Source of the DNA: Nageia nagi
Taxonomy: Eukaryota; Plantae; Pinophyta
NCBI GenBank assembly: GCA_050084985.1
Contig: JBITNC010000001.1
Span: 18,352,001-18,416,000 of the forward strand
DNA: 64,000 nt
Reading direction: 5' to 3'
Numbering within the stretch: position 1 is the stretch's first letter; each line of letters begins with the position of its first letter. A model generated the notes under the pieces. The model saw only the letters and a list, made by a program, of their open reading frames with translations, did no database searches and was not told the DNA's origin. This document shows, one piece after another, positions 27,181 to 39,769 of this stretch. The position numbers and the translations under genes were made by a program.

Positions 27181-29834
27181 GTACTGCCTCAAACATATTT
27201 TAAAATCTTTGTGGGTTTTAAGTATTTCTGTGATTATCATATTCTATTCATAAGTTAAACATTGCATATATTTCTGTATTTATTGATGCAGTAGGGTGCT
27301 CCTTATTCTTTCCATTTCTATATTCAACGTAACCTTTCGTGTAATGGTTTTGTTTTGAAATTTGTACCACGTAAATCGCCTCAGCGCCGTAGTCTAGGAG
27401 ATGAAAATCGGTTTACTTGGATGTGTAATGGCGTATTTTTTAAAATAGACCCACGGATATTGTTATTTTGATGGGCTAACTTTAGTCAACTTTTAGAGTG
27501 GTGGATTCAACCGTGAAGGCATGTAATGGTTTCCTCTTTCTTCGTCCATCAGTGAAGAAATATAACGGTCTCCATTCGTTTCAGTTTTAATGTTGGATTC
27601 AACTGTGGAGATATATACTGGGTTTTCTCTGGTTTAAACTTAAGAGCTGGAAAGCAATAATTGTGTGCACAAGCTCTTTCATATCATTGTATGCATTATA
27701 TCATTCTAAATCAACAGTATCATCATCAATTCATCAATCAACCTTATATATATAAGAGGTTACATAAATTTTTTGAGCATATGTATATAAATTTTCATTA
27801 TAATATCCAAATTTTCATAGTTATTTTGTAGTAGTTCTGATATATTCATTTTCCATACACTTTGAAATGAAAACATAGATCTCTACCCTTTTACACTTGT
27901 TAATTTCCCTATTTAAAAGTTTACCTCAAATAAGAACATAATCAAATACTGTGGTTGAAATTCGAGCACTTAATTATGCTTCTGGTGTGTGAGGTTTTGT
28001 GTTGTCTCAATTGGATAGTTATAGCATGATAGAACATTGCAAAAAAATGTAAATAGTGGATTGGATTTCAGAACTTCAGAATATGAAGTGACAAAGATGG
28101 TGCAGTCAATGGTTTAAAAGAGTTCATTTCAGTTCTGAGTTCACAATTTTGGTGAGGGGTTTCGTTGTTGAGTTTAGTTCCTTGGTCATCTGTGTGTATG
28201 TCCTTATGTGGTGAAAGTTAATGAAATGTTCAAAGAATAAATTGAAAATGAAGGATTCGAAAGAGCAACTTAGATCTGAATGAACACTATAACTTTCACC
28301 CATGATTGAAATTTTAATAAATAGACATAGGCACAACAACAATCAAAGTCACTGGATTTGCCATTGGTGCCGGCATTATTTTTTCCTTAGGTCTAGGAAT
28401 TTGGGGATCCATACATAATTTTCTATTTACTGCAGCTAATTTGGCCTTATTGTTTTTGGTGCATCTTTGCTGCAAGAATCGCATCAAGAAAAGATTTTTG
28501 TTATTGGTTGTATATTCTGCTGTAGGAAATTTACTACATTGTGGATAAGGGTTAGGATACATTGTCTAAACAGAAAATGCTCTCCTTGACTTTCATGAGA
28601 CATAACAGAGAACAAGATTTGAGAAAGTACTAAAGCAAAAATTATGACATTTACATGCACTGCTTTATGTTAAAAAAGAAAAACATTGCCTGCAACAATG
28701 ATCTTAGATGGATAGAGCATTCTCCCACATGATATTAAAATTGTTGCAATGCAGCAATCTTTTCTGCATAACTTGCTATTTAAAACTCTCTCCACCTATT
28801 GAAGCTATACACTTAATTATTTTTAATTTGTGTGAAGTAAATCATCTTGCACACTCAACACTTCGTTTGACAATAAAGATTTTGATTGAAGACTCATTTT
28901 AATTCTTTTATCGATTGAATATCAGTCTGCACTTGTACATATGCAATCTATACATATTATGTGGATTATTGATGGTTGAATGGTCTCTTGATTTGTTGAA
29001 GCATACTTAAAGGATCTAAGTATCTTTCAATGGGAGTTTTGATGTGTTAGGGCAGTAAAATTTTGGCAAAGACAGTTTAAAACTTCCATGAGTTCTTCTG
29101 AAATAGGGATCCTTTTAATTTCATAATGAAAGACTCTAATAATGTTAAGATTTTAGTTGTCACGATGCATATGCATCAGAGTTCAACCTATAATCCTTCC
29201 CTTTAACAACCTGTAATTGTCCAGGGAGTCCAATGGCATCCTCACCCTGCTCAGTACTAAATCTTTCTGTTCTCTCGCATAGATATCCCTAGGAGATCCA
29301 GTTTTGCCCAATTTTCCATAGGCAATATATTTAACAAGTTTATGCTATGGAAAACCCTCAACACTCACATTGTGCTTACGCCTTATAGCAAGTACCAAAG
29401 GTGTTGAAGTTTGACCCTGATCAAACCAACATATCATCAAGAATTCGATATTCTGTTTTGTATTTGGCGTGAAAGGTCCGATCCCTCAGAAGATCAATCA
29501 GCAGTCCGATCCACAGATTAGTCGGATGACCGATCAGCACAGTCGAATGACTGATCTGACCTTTCTGACTAATCGGTCTGATGCATACTGATCCGCTCTG
29601 TTGCATGGGCAGAGTGTGATTGTTTTTAGTTTTCTTTAATGGTTTGTGGTTGACTTCCATATGAATTTGAATTATTATGGTAGAGATGTTTTTAGTTTTT
29701 TGTTAATTTCTTACCTTGGTTGGTTTCCATTTTCATGTGGATTGTTGTTGTAAACATCTAGAACATCTGGAATATGTAGAAATGTAGTTTAGTGGTTTGT
29801 TATGGTTTTCAAAAGGATTTGATATTGTTTCTAC

Positions 29835-30218
29835 CATAGATTAAAAACGCGGCGCTTTTATGAAAAAACCGGTGATTACTCTCCGCATCAAGGATTTCGA
29901 TTATTCTTCTGAAAATCGGTAAACTCGCATCTAAAAGAATATATGTCTGCTTTTCAGCCAATACTGCTTTAATCCTACTTTAAAACATGAATATACATGT
30001 TTTGTTTTCCAGCCATCAATATATCATTTTTCCATGTTTTTCAGGGATTATAGCAAAAAAAACACTTGCTACTATCAATTATAATGAAAATTTATATATT
30101 AATTTTTTAAAATTTTAATTATAATACTCCACTTTTTATCCGATTAATCTGAGATTCGAGGATTAATCGTCGAATTGACCGAAACAATTTTTCAACGAAT
30201 CCGTTATTTAAACTTATG
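29835..30218. mobile_element. hAT-type MITE copy 1
   Basis: Short imperfect TIRs CATAGATTAAAA...TTTAAACTTATG, cgatt/aatcg subterminal motifs; inverted copy at 30457-30833. Confidence 0.75.
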
Positions 30219-30239
30219 ATTGAAACATGTAATTCTAAC

Positions 30240-31024
30240 TATAGGTTTAAAACCCGGATTCGCCGAACAATCTTTTGGACCAGAACGGCGATTAATCGAT
30301 GAATCTGCGCTTAATCAGGTAAAAAAACGGAATACAAAAATAAAAATTAAAAAATAATTATATATTTTTTTCATAATAACGGAAAGTCTCGGTTATTTTT
30401 TTAGTAATAATCACTCTGAAAAATGTTTTACGACATGATTTTTGCAAAGTCCAAAGCATAGGTTTAAATAACAGATTCGCCAAAAAATCATTTCTGTCAA
30501 TTCGGCGATTAATCTCCGAATCTCAGATTAATCAGATAAAAGCGGAGTATTAAAATTAAAATTTTAAAAAATTAATATATAAATTTTCATTATAATTGAT
30601 AGTGGTAGTTATTTTTTTGCTATAATCCCTGAAAAATATGGAAAAATGATATACTAATGGCTCGAAAATATGTATATTCATGTTTTAAAGCAGGATTAAA
30701 GTAGTACGGGCTGAAAAGCAGAGGTATATTCTTGTAGATGTGAGTTTACCAATTTTCAGAAGAATAATTGAAATCCTTGATGCGGAGAGTAATCGCCGCT
30801 TTTTTCATAAAATCGTCATGTTTTTTATCTATGGTCTAAAGTACATGCTTCATAATAGTGGAGGGTTGGGATTTGATTGACGACCGGACCATGGTTTCAG
30901 TCCAAGATTCCAAGCACATTTGGGTTAGATGCAAGTTAATCGCTTTTTCAGTGAATAATCGAAATCTTTGAATCGGCAAGTAATCATCGATTTTTTCAAA
31001 TAAATGCTGCATTTTTAATCTATG
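30240..31024. mobile_element. hAT-type MITE copy 2 (related subfamily), interrupted by copy 3
   Basis: TATAGGTTTAAAA...TTTTTAATCTATG termini, same subterminal motifs. Confidence 0.7.
30457..30833. mobile_element. hAT-type MITE copy 3 nested in copy 2
   Basis: CATAGGTTTAAA...TTTTATCTATG termini; 8-bp TSD gtccaaag/gtctaaag. Confidence 0.82.
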
Positions 31025-31606
31025 GTTTCTAGTACATTTAGTTGAACATGAGAATATCATTCTCAAACAACATCTTTGTAATCTAGTTCCATTAGTGAAC
31101 TATATATGTACCATATTTTGTTTTCTTAGTAATTCAATGAACATATTTCTCATTGTGGTATTAGAGCTTATTGATCTTTTGGGTTAGAGAGAGCTTGTGG
31201 GATTTTTGTGAAAATTTATCAAGTTTTTGCAAAAGCTTGTGCCCAAGCTTCCCATTGTGCATTTCTTGTTGTTGTACAACCTACAATGGCTGGCAATAAC
31301 AACTCATTGCCTCTTCCTAAGTTTAGTGGTGAGGACTACAAGTATTGATGTATGAAAATGAGGACTCTACTCATAGGCAAAGGAATTTGGGATATAGTTG
31401 AAGAAGGTTACATTGAACCTATTGATTGGAGCACTCTTGCTGCCAATGAGAAGAATGCAAGGAAGGAGGCTCATAAAAAGAATAGTTATGCATTGTACCA
31501 CCTTCAATCAAGCTTGGAGAAGAGTATGTTTCCAAGAATTGCCTTGTGTACTACAACCAAAGAAGCATGGAAGGCATTGAAGGATGGTACCAAGGTAGTG
31601 ATCAAG

Positions 31607-32436
31607 TGCAATAATTCTAACTTGTTAATTCTGAAATTTTATCAACAAAAAATCAGATCTGTAAAAAACTCAGAAAAATACACCATAAACCCTAAAATTG
31701 TCACAAACACACCACAATATTTTTATATTAATTTTCTATCACACACATTACATAGAAGAGCATAAAGGGTGCTCAAATCAATCAACAATAATATTAAAAT
31801 AGGACTCAACAAAAATATTAAAATAGGACTGCCCAAGTTGGATGCCCCTCTCCAAGGCAAGATATGAGCTGAATTGCATACAAATTTCCTCTCCAAGATG
31901 ATGTCTTACTTCCAGGCTTACAAATTGACAATACTGCAAATCCAAACTAAAATATCATTGCAGACACCACAAATCACACTGAAAATTCCATTGCTATATT
32001 GTTGCAAAATTTGAATGTCTTGAAGTCCAAGTGTAGATTCTAGATGAATCTAGCACCACCAATTTAATGGCAAGGGCACATCTCCTAAACCATCAAATTG
32101 GGTCTTCCAACTAAGCAGGGACACATCTCCCAAATTCAACAAAAGAGGAGAATGGTTTTTCAGCCCAAACTCTCAATGATAAAATATAATATCAAAATAA
32201 CATAACCCCAAGACTAGATGTTCTATTTCTTCGTTGAGTGGTGAAATCCTAAAATGGCTTAACTTATCCTTTTATAATTTAAGACACACTCATAATAACT
32301 TAAAAATATAATATTATGTCTCCTAGCTACATGAACTAGGGGCGTCCCTCTTCCACATTAAAATATAACCAAAAAAAGTGCGTAAGTGAAGAGGCATCAT
32401 CATATGTCAAAATAGTTTCAAAAAAAGGACATTACA
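31607..32436. mobile_element. Solo LTR in copia gag
   Basis: TGCAAT...ATTACA termini, perfect TSD TCAAG; removal restores GSDQVKQIKLQ. Confidence 0.9.
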
Positions 32437-33189
32437 TCAAGTGAAGCAAATCAAGCTTCAAACCTTGAAAGAGAGATTTTGAGAATCTAAAGATGAATGA
32501 AGGAGAGAATGCAGGAGACTATTGTGTAAGAGTTAAAGCTTGTATAAATAAGATTAAAACTCTTCACGAGGAAGTGAAAACTGAAGTTGTTATGAAGAAG
32601 GTGTTGAGATTGTTTCTTCCCAAATGGAACCATGATTCCATCATAATAGAAGAGAGCAAGGACCTGACTTCTCTTGATTATGATCAGCTGATTGGTTCAC
32701 TAATGTCCCATGAAGAAAGACTACATGAAACTACAACATCAAATATTGGTCGTGTTGAAGAGAAGGCTTTTGCATCCAAAGAAGGTGAAGCTAGCACAAA
32801 TGGTCAAGGTAGAGGCCAAAGGAGAGGACAATCTCCTTCAAGAGGGAGAGGAAGAGGAAGAGGTTATAAACAAAACAAACAATTTTACTATTGTAACAAG
32901 TTCGGTCATGTTGTGACTAACATAACATGCCCCAAAATCTCACAATTTAGGTGACCCAAGCAATTCACCAAGTCTTAATGTACAAAGCCCAATGTCTCAC
33001 TTGCTTAGACACATTGCTCATCATCTCGCCAGAAACTAAGTGTCACGCCTCCCTCAATCTTAGCCATAGTAGTTCAAGTCTAAAATTGTCTAAAAAATGA
33101 CTAAGTCTGAAATAGGAAGGTCAAATTAGGTGCAATTAGGGAACCCAGGGCAAGCTAGAAGTCAAGAAAAGTGAAGAGGAGCTCCCAAG

Positions 33190-34152
33190 AGGCTAGCGCA
33201 TGCCTCCAGAAGATATTTTTTTTACTTTTTCTGGCATGTGCCTGGAGGAGGAAACCATTTAGGGTAAGTTTGAAGCTGAATTAGGTGTAGGCAAGCATCC
33301 AGGAATCCAATGCATACCTCCAAGAGACAATTTTGTGACTTTTTCTAGCATGCACCTGGGGGAAGAGTGTTCTGGCAAAGATTGAAACCAAGTTGAGCAA
33401 AACCAAATCACCAAGAAGCCAATGCATGAGGAAAAAGGACACAATTTTGTCTTTTCCTTGCATGCGCCTGATCAAAAGGGCTAATAGGACCAAGTTTGAG
33501 TAGTGAAGGCCAAATTAGCTCTCCCAAAAAGCTAGCGCATGCCACCAGAAGACAAAATCTTGTCTTTTTCTAACATGCGTTAGCTAGCTAGGAGCACATA
33601 CTGAGTTCAAGATGAAAATCAGATAAGACATGAATGTTCGAGTCCAAAATCAAACACAGAAGGAAGACTGGCACATGCTCCCAAAATACAAAATTTTGAC
33701 TTTTTTTGGCATGCGCCTAGCCAAGGAGGAGCTTAGGTCGAGGAGGAAGAAGAAATTTTAGCTAAGTCTTGCACCCAAATGCCTGTAAACAAGCTAATCT
33801 GGGAAAAAGAAGGTAAATGCACCAGAAAAAAAGACAAAATCTTGACTTTTTTTTGGCATGCACTCAAATTGGAGCAATTGGGAAGGCTGGCGCATCGAAA
33901 AAAACACAAAATCTTGACTTTTTGTAGAATGCACCTAGCCTGAGAAGGGGCTTGGAGTAGTTCGAGATGAGATTTTGACAAGTCTAGGCTCAAGAAAAGA
34001 TGAAATCATGAGCAACCTGAGGCTAGAAGGGTGGTGTAAGGATGGAAGAGGCAAGTTGTGGAACTCGAGAAGCTTGCACTAGGATGACTGACAGCCTCAA
34101 GTTGGGCGCATGGAAAAAAAAGATAAAATCTTGTCTTTTTCTGGTATGTGCC
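33190..34152. repeat. Array of ~50-bp imperfect palindromes GCGCATG..AAGACAAAATCTTGTCTT..CATGCGC
   Basis: About 8 copies at ~33191, 33307, 33419, 33531, 33668, 33814, 33887, 34104; first spacings 112-116 bp. Confidence 0.85.
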
Positions 34153-34580
34153 AACCCAAAAGACCCCTTGGACCCCCACATTGATCATTCAAGTGTCGAG
34201 TCTCGAATTTTCGATAGATGCACATCCCTAGGTCGGCTAGATTAGAGGGACGAGATTATCTTGCCTCCACTTTGGCCAATCATAGCTGATTAGGGCAACA
34301 GAGAACCCTAAGTAATGCTTTTAAAAGGGAAGTCGATCTTTGTTTTGCTTGGCAAAACTATTCTCTCCTGCCAAATTCATTGAAGCCCCATAACAGATAA
34401 ATTCTTCCCAAGTCTTTGGGGTGACTTGAGAGAACCTTCCTCCTCCTTTCGCTAAAACGATCACATCAAGCAACTGAATGGCGGAGACAAACCCCAAGAC
34501 ACAAGAGAAAGAGGTCAATTTGGAAGAGGAAGCAACCACCAACAGTGCCTCATCAAGACAAAAAGCCAAGATTGCCCTTG

Positions 34581-35666
34581 TGTAATGTACCTTTTTAGGG
34601 TTTATCCAAATCAATATTCAATTTCACTTTAATTCTTGAATTAGGGCATCAATGAACATGCTCATAAACCATCCAAAATATGCACTCAAACTAGAATGTA
34701 ATAGCACTAGCTAAATCTAATATAAAGTGCACATAACATGTGAACAAGACCAAAACTAGGGCACAAATCAGATTTGTAACATAACATAAATATAGCTCCA
34801 AAAGTACTCAATTTGCATACATTCCCATGCGCAATGAAGATAGAAGCATAGCAAAAATATATAAGAACATGCATTCACATTCGAGATGCAATATGAGAGC
34901 CAATATTATTAATAATGAACCAAGAATAAGTATAGGGCTGTAACAAGCCTCTAACAAGTTCTAGGACAAAGCCCAAGACTCAAGAATGCTCAAACTAGAC
35001 TCCTCAAGGTTGGCGCATATCCAAAGAAGGCTCCCAAGCTAGGCGCAAGTCTCAAGATGTCTCCCAATGGCTGGCGCAAGCTTCCAAGTGGCAAGAATGA
35101 TAGGTGCAAGCTCTCCAAGAGATGTAGGAGTGTAGATGAGCTATTTTTAGGCTAGGGAGTAACCCTAAGCCCTAGAAGGTAGAGAAGGGAAGCATCCCTA
35201 AGCTCTGAATGATCCAAGATAGAATGCACAAGATGATTTCTTCAAGTGATGCTTTAATATTCCTTATATATGTGATTATACCTTGAAAATACCAATAATT
35301 ATGATCCTAGCCGACCTTGAAAAAAAATATCTTTCTTTTAGCCGACTTTCTCTGGTCAATTTCGGCAAGTGCGATGTTCAGAGATTGGCTCGGTTGGCGA
35401 ACTTCAAAATGCAATTTCTCTCTCATTTCTTGATGCAACCATGTCGTGTAACTTGTCAAAATGATTGGTAGAAGATTCTCCATCCATTCCAAAAGACAAA
35501 AGGGCAATCTCGAACTTGTGATGAAAGTTATGCTTTCTACAAGGTTTCCCAAAGTTGGGGACATTACATAATTTGACAAATAAAGTACTCCTAATCTAAG
35601 TACTAAAGATCACAATGAATAGGTATGAGGGATGATGTCTAGATGTCCCAAATTAGGGATATTACA
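34581..35666. mobile_element. Chimeric solo LTR with two right termini
   Basis: TGTAAT...ATTACA, perfect TSD CCTTG; additional internal terminus GGGGACATTACA ending at 35568. Confidence 0.85.
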
Positions 35667-36107
35667 CCTTGCAGCTTCAATAAGAACATTGCATGAAGAT
35701 CCCAACCAGAGAGTAGAAGATGAGTCCACAGAGACTCACTATGTGAGTAAATTTATGTTCAAGGTCAATAATACACTTTTTGTCACCAGAGTTTTCTTGA
35801 ACAAAGATTCAACGGAATCTCAAGACTTGGAGGCCCATACTCTAAAGACTAAAGTTGGTGAAGTTAAGACCACTAGGGCAAAGCGAGTCGAGGACGTCAC
35901 CAAACTCACTAAGGAACTAGACAAGAACCAAGAGAAACAAAGCTGTGAAGGAGAAAGCACACCTCCCAAACCATATCATCTTCAAAACAAGGTGGCCATA
36001 GAAGAACAAGGGCATCCTTGACAGGCGAACGATGAGGGTTTCAAGCCAAGTATTGCAGAAGTGAGAGGGATGGACAAGACTAGGTGTACATGAGGAGCAT
36101 AGAGGTG

Positions 36108-37486
36108 TTTGATGAGCTGTTCTAGGGCTCACTCCTCAAACGTGCCCTAGGAGAGGGACATTTGTCTTCTAGCTCCGAAACTGGCCAATCAAGCTCCAAA
36201 ATACACCAAATATCCAACATCTTGCTAATTCGAGCAATTAAACACTTAGAACATGCAAAAATGCCTCTAATAACCCAATGTTATAGTAGGGAAGCAAAAA
36301 CAAAATTTAACAATGAAAATATACTTCCAGATCTAACGCCACACTTAGGGAGCAAAATAGATATTTTAAGCAATGTGAAACTACTCCAAACTCAACATTC
36401 AAGCATAGAGAGACAAATAGCAATATTACGACAAAAAATGTAATTGTATTGATAAAGCAATGGCAAAAGTGCAATTACAATATTTTTGTCAACCTAGGGA
36501 GTTTGTACCATGACTATCTCCAATAAGGTTATTTTAGATGGCTCCAAGGCCTCACCAATCCCAGAAGCAATGAGGCAATACCAAGTATCCTTTGTAACAA
36601 CTATGATAGAACCAACAACGTTTCTCTCAAGACGGCTAGAGTAAGTTCAAGGGTAGCCTCTTATCCCCTTGATACCTCAAATGTAGGTTGCTCCACAAGT
36701 GGCAAAGATAAAATCTCCACTCAATCCGAAGTAAAGGGGTTTAATATCAAATTCAACATATCTAATAATGGCTATGAGTTCTCCTTTTATAGGTGAGGGT
36801 GAACATCTTCTAATCTTGCATTTAGATGATCCGAAGGTGGAGAGATGTGATCCATGTGCTCATGTATGCAATGTCCAAGACAAGGAGCCTTGGGATGGAT
36901 GAAATCACATCTAAAGGCCAAGAATGCCAACGTCCAAGAGGGGGTGATGTCGGAGCACCTCATGATCAATGTCATAGGTCCATGTGTCTAGGAGGGCCAA
37001 CGTGGGGTCTTGGGAAAGTCCATGCTCTAGGGCCATCCACTTGCCTTGAGATTGCCAACACCTAGTCTAAAATGCCACGTCCATCCTTGGAGCTCCAAAT
37101 GACCTCGTAGTCAATGCAATCACCTAGGGGGATGCTCTACCTCGAAGAGGGGAGCACTAATGACTAGAGATACATTTAATGTCAATATTACAATCATCAA
37201 GGCTAAAATATGCAACGCCTCATTTAGGGAGACTAATATTGCCTTTAAAAATGAAGTTGCCTTGGTATTACAATAACAACATTTATTGGCATTTTAGCAA
37301 TTAACTAAATAAAAATAAATAAATAAAGGGCCATTTATTCCATAATTAAAGTTTTATTAAGTATCTAAGTGGAATTTACAACAATTTGACCAAATTTTAC
37401 TAAAATAGAAAAAAACACTCCTAAATTAATGTTCCCACTTATCATAGGTGAAATAGGGAAAATACCTAAAAAAAGGGGGCATTACA
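36108..37486 (-). mobile_element. Solo LTR, same family as 39946-41316
   Basis: Perfect TSD AGGTG, right end GGGGGCATTACA, colinear similarity to 39946-41316. Confidence 0.88.
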
Positions 37487-39769
37487 AGGTGTGATATTGC
37501 AATTGCAACAATTTTATTTTATTCTATTTACTGCAATTTTATTTCGAATTCGGATTTCAAAGATTTATTAAATTTGGTGCAGCCTTGTGATGGATGAGGA
37601 TTTGTTCCCACAAGTGCTAGAATAAATCTTGTAACACCATGTGGCAAATTTTCATTGAACCACTTTTAATTTTCTCAAAATTAGCATTAGGATTAAGGCA
37701 ACACTTAGGGTTGCCATGAAAACTATTTATACCCTTTGGATGCTCATTTGAAAGGGGATGAAATTTTTGGATTATGGACATGAACATTTGCTAATAGATG
37801 AGTAGAATAATTCTTCCTATCAAGTACTTGTCTATGGTGAATATGGCATGATCTTTTAAGTTAAATTACACAACTTTGTTTCTTTGTTACTATGAGCTTT
37901 GGCATGTAATGTTTTCATTGGTGTGTATTAGTTAGATGCTTGGAACATTTTGCAAACCTCTTGAGAGGTGGGTAAAAGAGTGGTTGATTATTCTTTTGAA
38001 GTGTTCAATGTAATGCATAGCTAATGATTGCTCATGGTATGCAATTAGACTTGTATAATTCTGAAGTGTGTTCCCCTATGACATATAACATGAGAACTTC
38101 ATCCACGTGTTGAAGGTGTCATCCATTACACAACCAACACCTTTACTTCCCTTAGGTGCTTGCTCCCTTTGCTAGACCATTCGTGTTGTTGTCTAGTGTG
38201 AGAGGATATTCCTTATTCTAGACCATTCGTGTTGTTGGTTAGAATGAAAGGAAAGGTGGATGCATGGAACTTAGAACAAACTTGAAGGAATTTGGCATTT
38301 AGACATTGTATTCGTCGATGGAGCTTGATGTAAAGAGTTGAATTCATATGCCTCGAGCCATATCCAATTTTCCTTCCTACACTTTTTTTTTTATTTTTCA
38401 TATTTTTCCGCAACTTTTGCACCCTCTTTTTTTTATTTGTAGTATTTGAGAAACAATGCTTGTCTAGGCACCCAGACTATTTGAGCCCTTGATTAACAAA
38501 TTTTATTTGAGTTGGTAGCATCTTCAAACATCCTAGCCAGTATCTGAGTCCTATTCTTGCACATCCATTCAAGAGACCTTTGAGGTAACCAATCCTCATA
38601 GCTGGAAGGGGTAACACCCTTTCACCTAGGTTTTGGTTTCTTTGTGAGCCTTGCAACTTATTTTCCCATCCACAAGGTAGGAAAGAAAAACTACCCAATA
38701 GGTCACTACGAGAGGGATTATAAATTGAAGACTTCTCAAGAAGGAAGAAGTAGTGCATATTATGGAGAAGAGGATGGATCCTTGAACCTTTGTTGACTGT
38801 GGCAAGGCTGATCAAAATTTGCAAGAGACATGGATACTTGATAGGGGCTAGTCCAACCACATGACCAACAAGGAGTTGTTTGCTACCATGGACAACTCAT
38901 ACAAGTCCAAGATCAAGCTTGGAGATGACAAGGCTTTCCATGTTGAAGGCATTGGAGCTATGGAGGTGCACACCAAAGAAGGTAAAAAGAAAGTAAATGA
39001 CATTTATCACACTCCAAATTTGAAACACAATTTGTTGAGTGTCGGTCACAACAATTCCTATGACAAAGAGTAGATGGTTTCCATTAAAATTTGGAGGAAA
39101 AGGGGTTGGTATTACAAATTTTACCATAGAAAACAAAAGTTGGTTGTGGCATCTTAGATATGATCATTTGAACTTCACAAGTTTCAGATTGTTAACATCC
39201 AAAGAAATGGTATACAGGATACCAAAGGTTAAAGATCACAAAGGAGTTTATGAAGGTTGTGCTTTGGGAAAGCACCCAAGATCAAGTTTTTCAAGAGGAA
39301 AAGCATGGATAGCCTTTCTCCGCTGCAATTGGTGCATTGTGACATATGTGGGTCAATGCAAACATAGTTTGGGTAAGAATTACTACTTTCTCACTTTTAT
39401 AGATGATTTCTCAAGAATGTGTTGGGTCTATTTGTTGAAGACCAAAGATGAAGCTTTTGAATGCTTTAAGGAGTTTAAAAATCATGTTAGAGAATCAAAG
39501 TGGAAATTATATAAAATGCTTAAGGATTGATAGAGGAGGAGAATTTTGCTCAAATAAATTCCTCCAACTTTGTAAAGATTGTGGAATCAAAAGGCAACTC
39601 ACAATTGCCTATACTCCACAACAAAATGGTTTGGCTGAATGTAAGAATAGAACCATTGTTGAAATGGATAGAAGCATGCTTCAAACTAAAAAATTAACAA
39701 ATATGTATTAGGATGACGTGGTTAGAAAAATAGTCTATATATTTAAAAGGAGTCCTACTAGCAGCAACT

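Larger units (their letters stand above)
32912..38853. mobile_element. Large LTR-retrotransposon fragment (probably Athila/Tat-type long LTR plus adjacent internal sequence) nested in the copia
   Basis: Interrupts the copia between Zn knuckle and protease, starts with TG, and hosts a palindromic repeat array and two TSD-flanked solo LTRs. No clear coding domains. Confidence 0.5.
31156..39762 (+). mobile_element. Intronic Ty1/copia (PBS, gag, protease, integrase), 3' truncated and interrupted by nested insertions
   Basis: PBS TGGTATTAGAGC 31156-31167; gag ATG 31286 with LIGKGIWDIVEEGY; UBN2 32493-32910 and Zn knuckle YYCNKFGH; resumes at ~38854 NHMTNKELF; LWHLRY; FIDDFSRMCWVY; DRGGEF..YTPQQNG. 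Confidence 0.92.

Noticed and set aside
33190-34152. CRISPR array (palindromic repeats with spacers); likewise 53355-54812
   Set aside because: Plant nuclear retrotransposon context, degenerate repeats, spacers related to each other, no cas genes.
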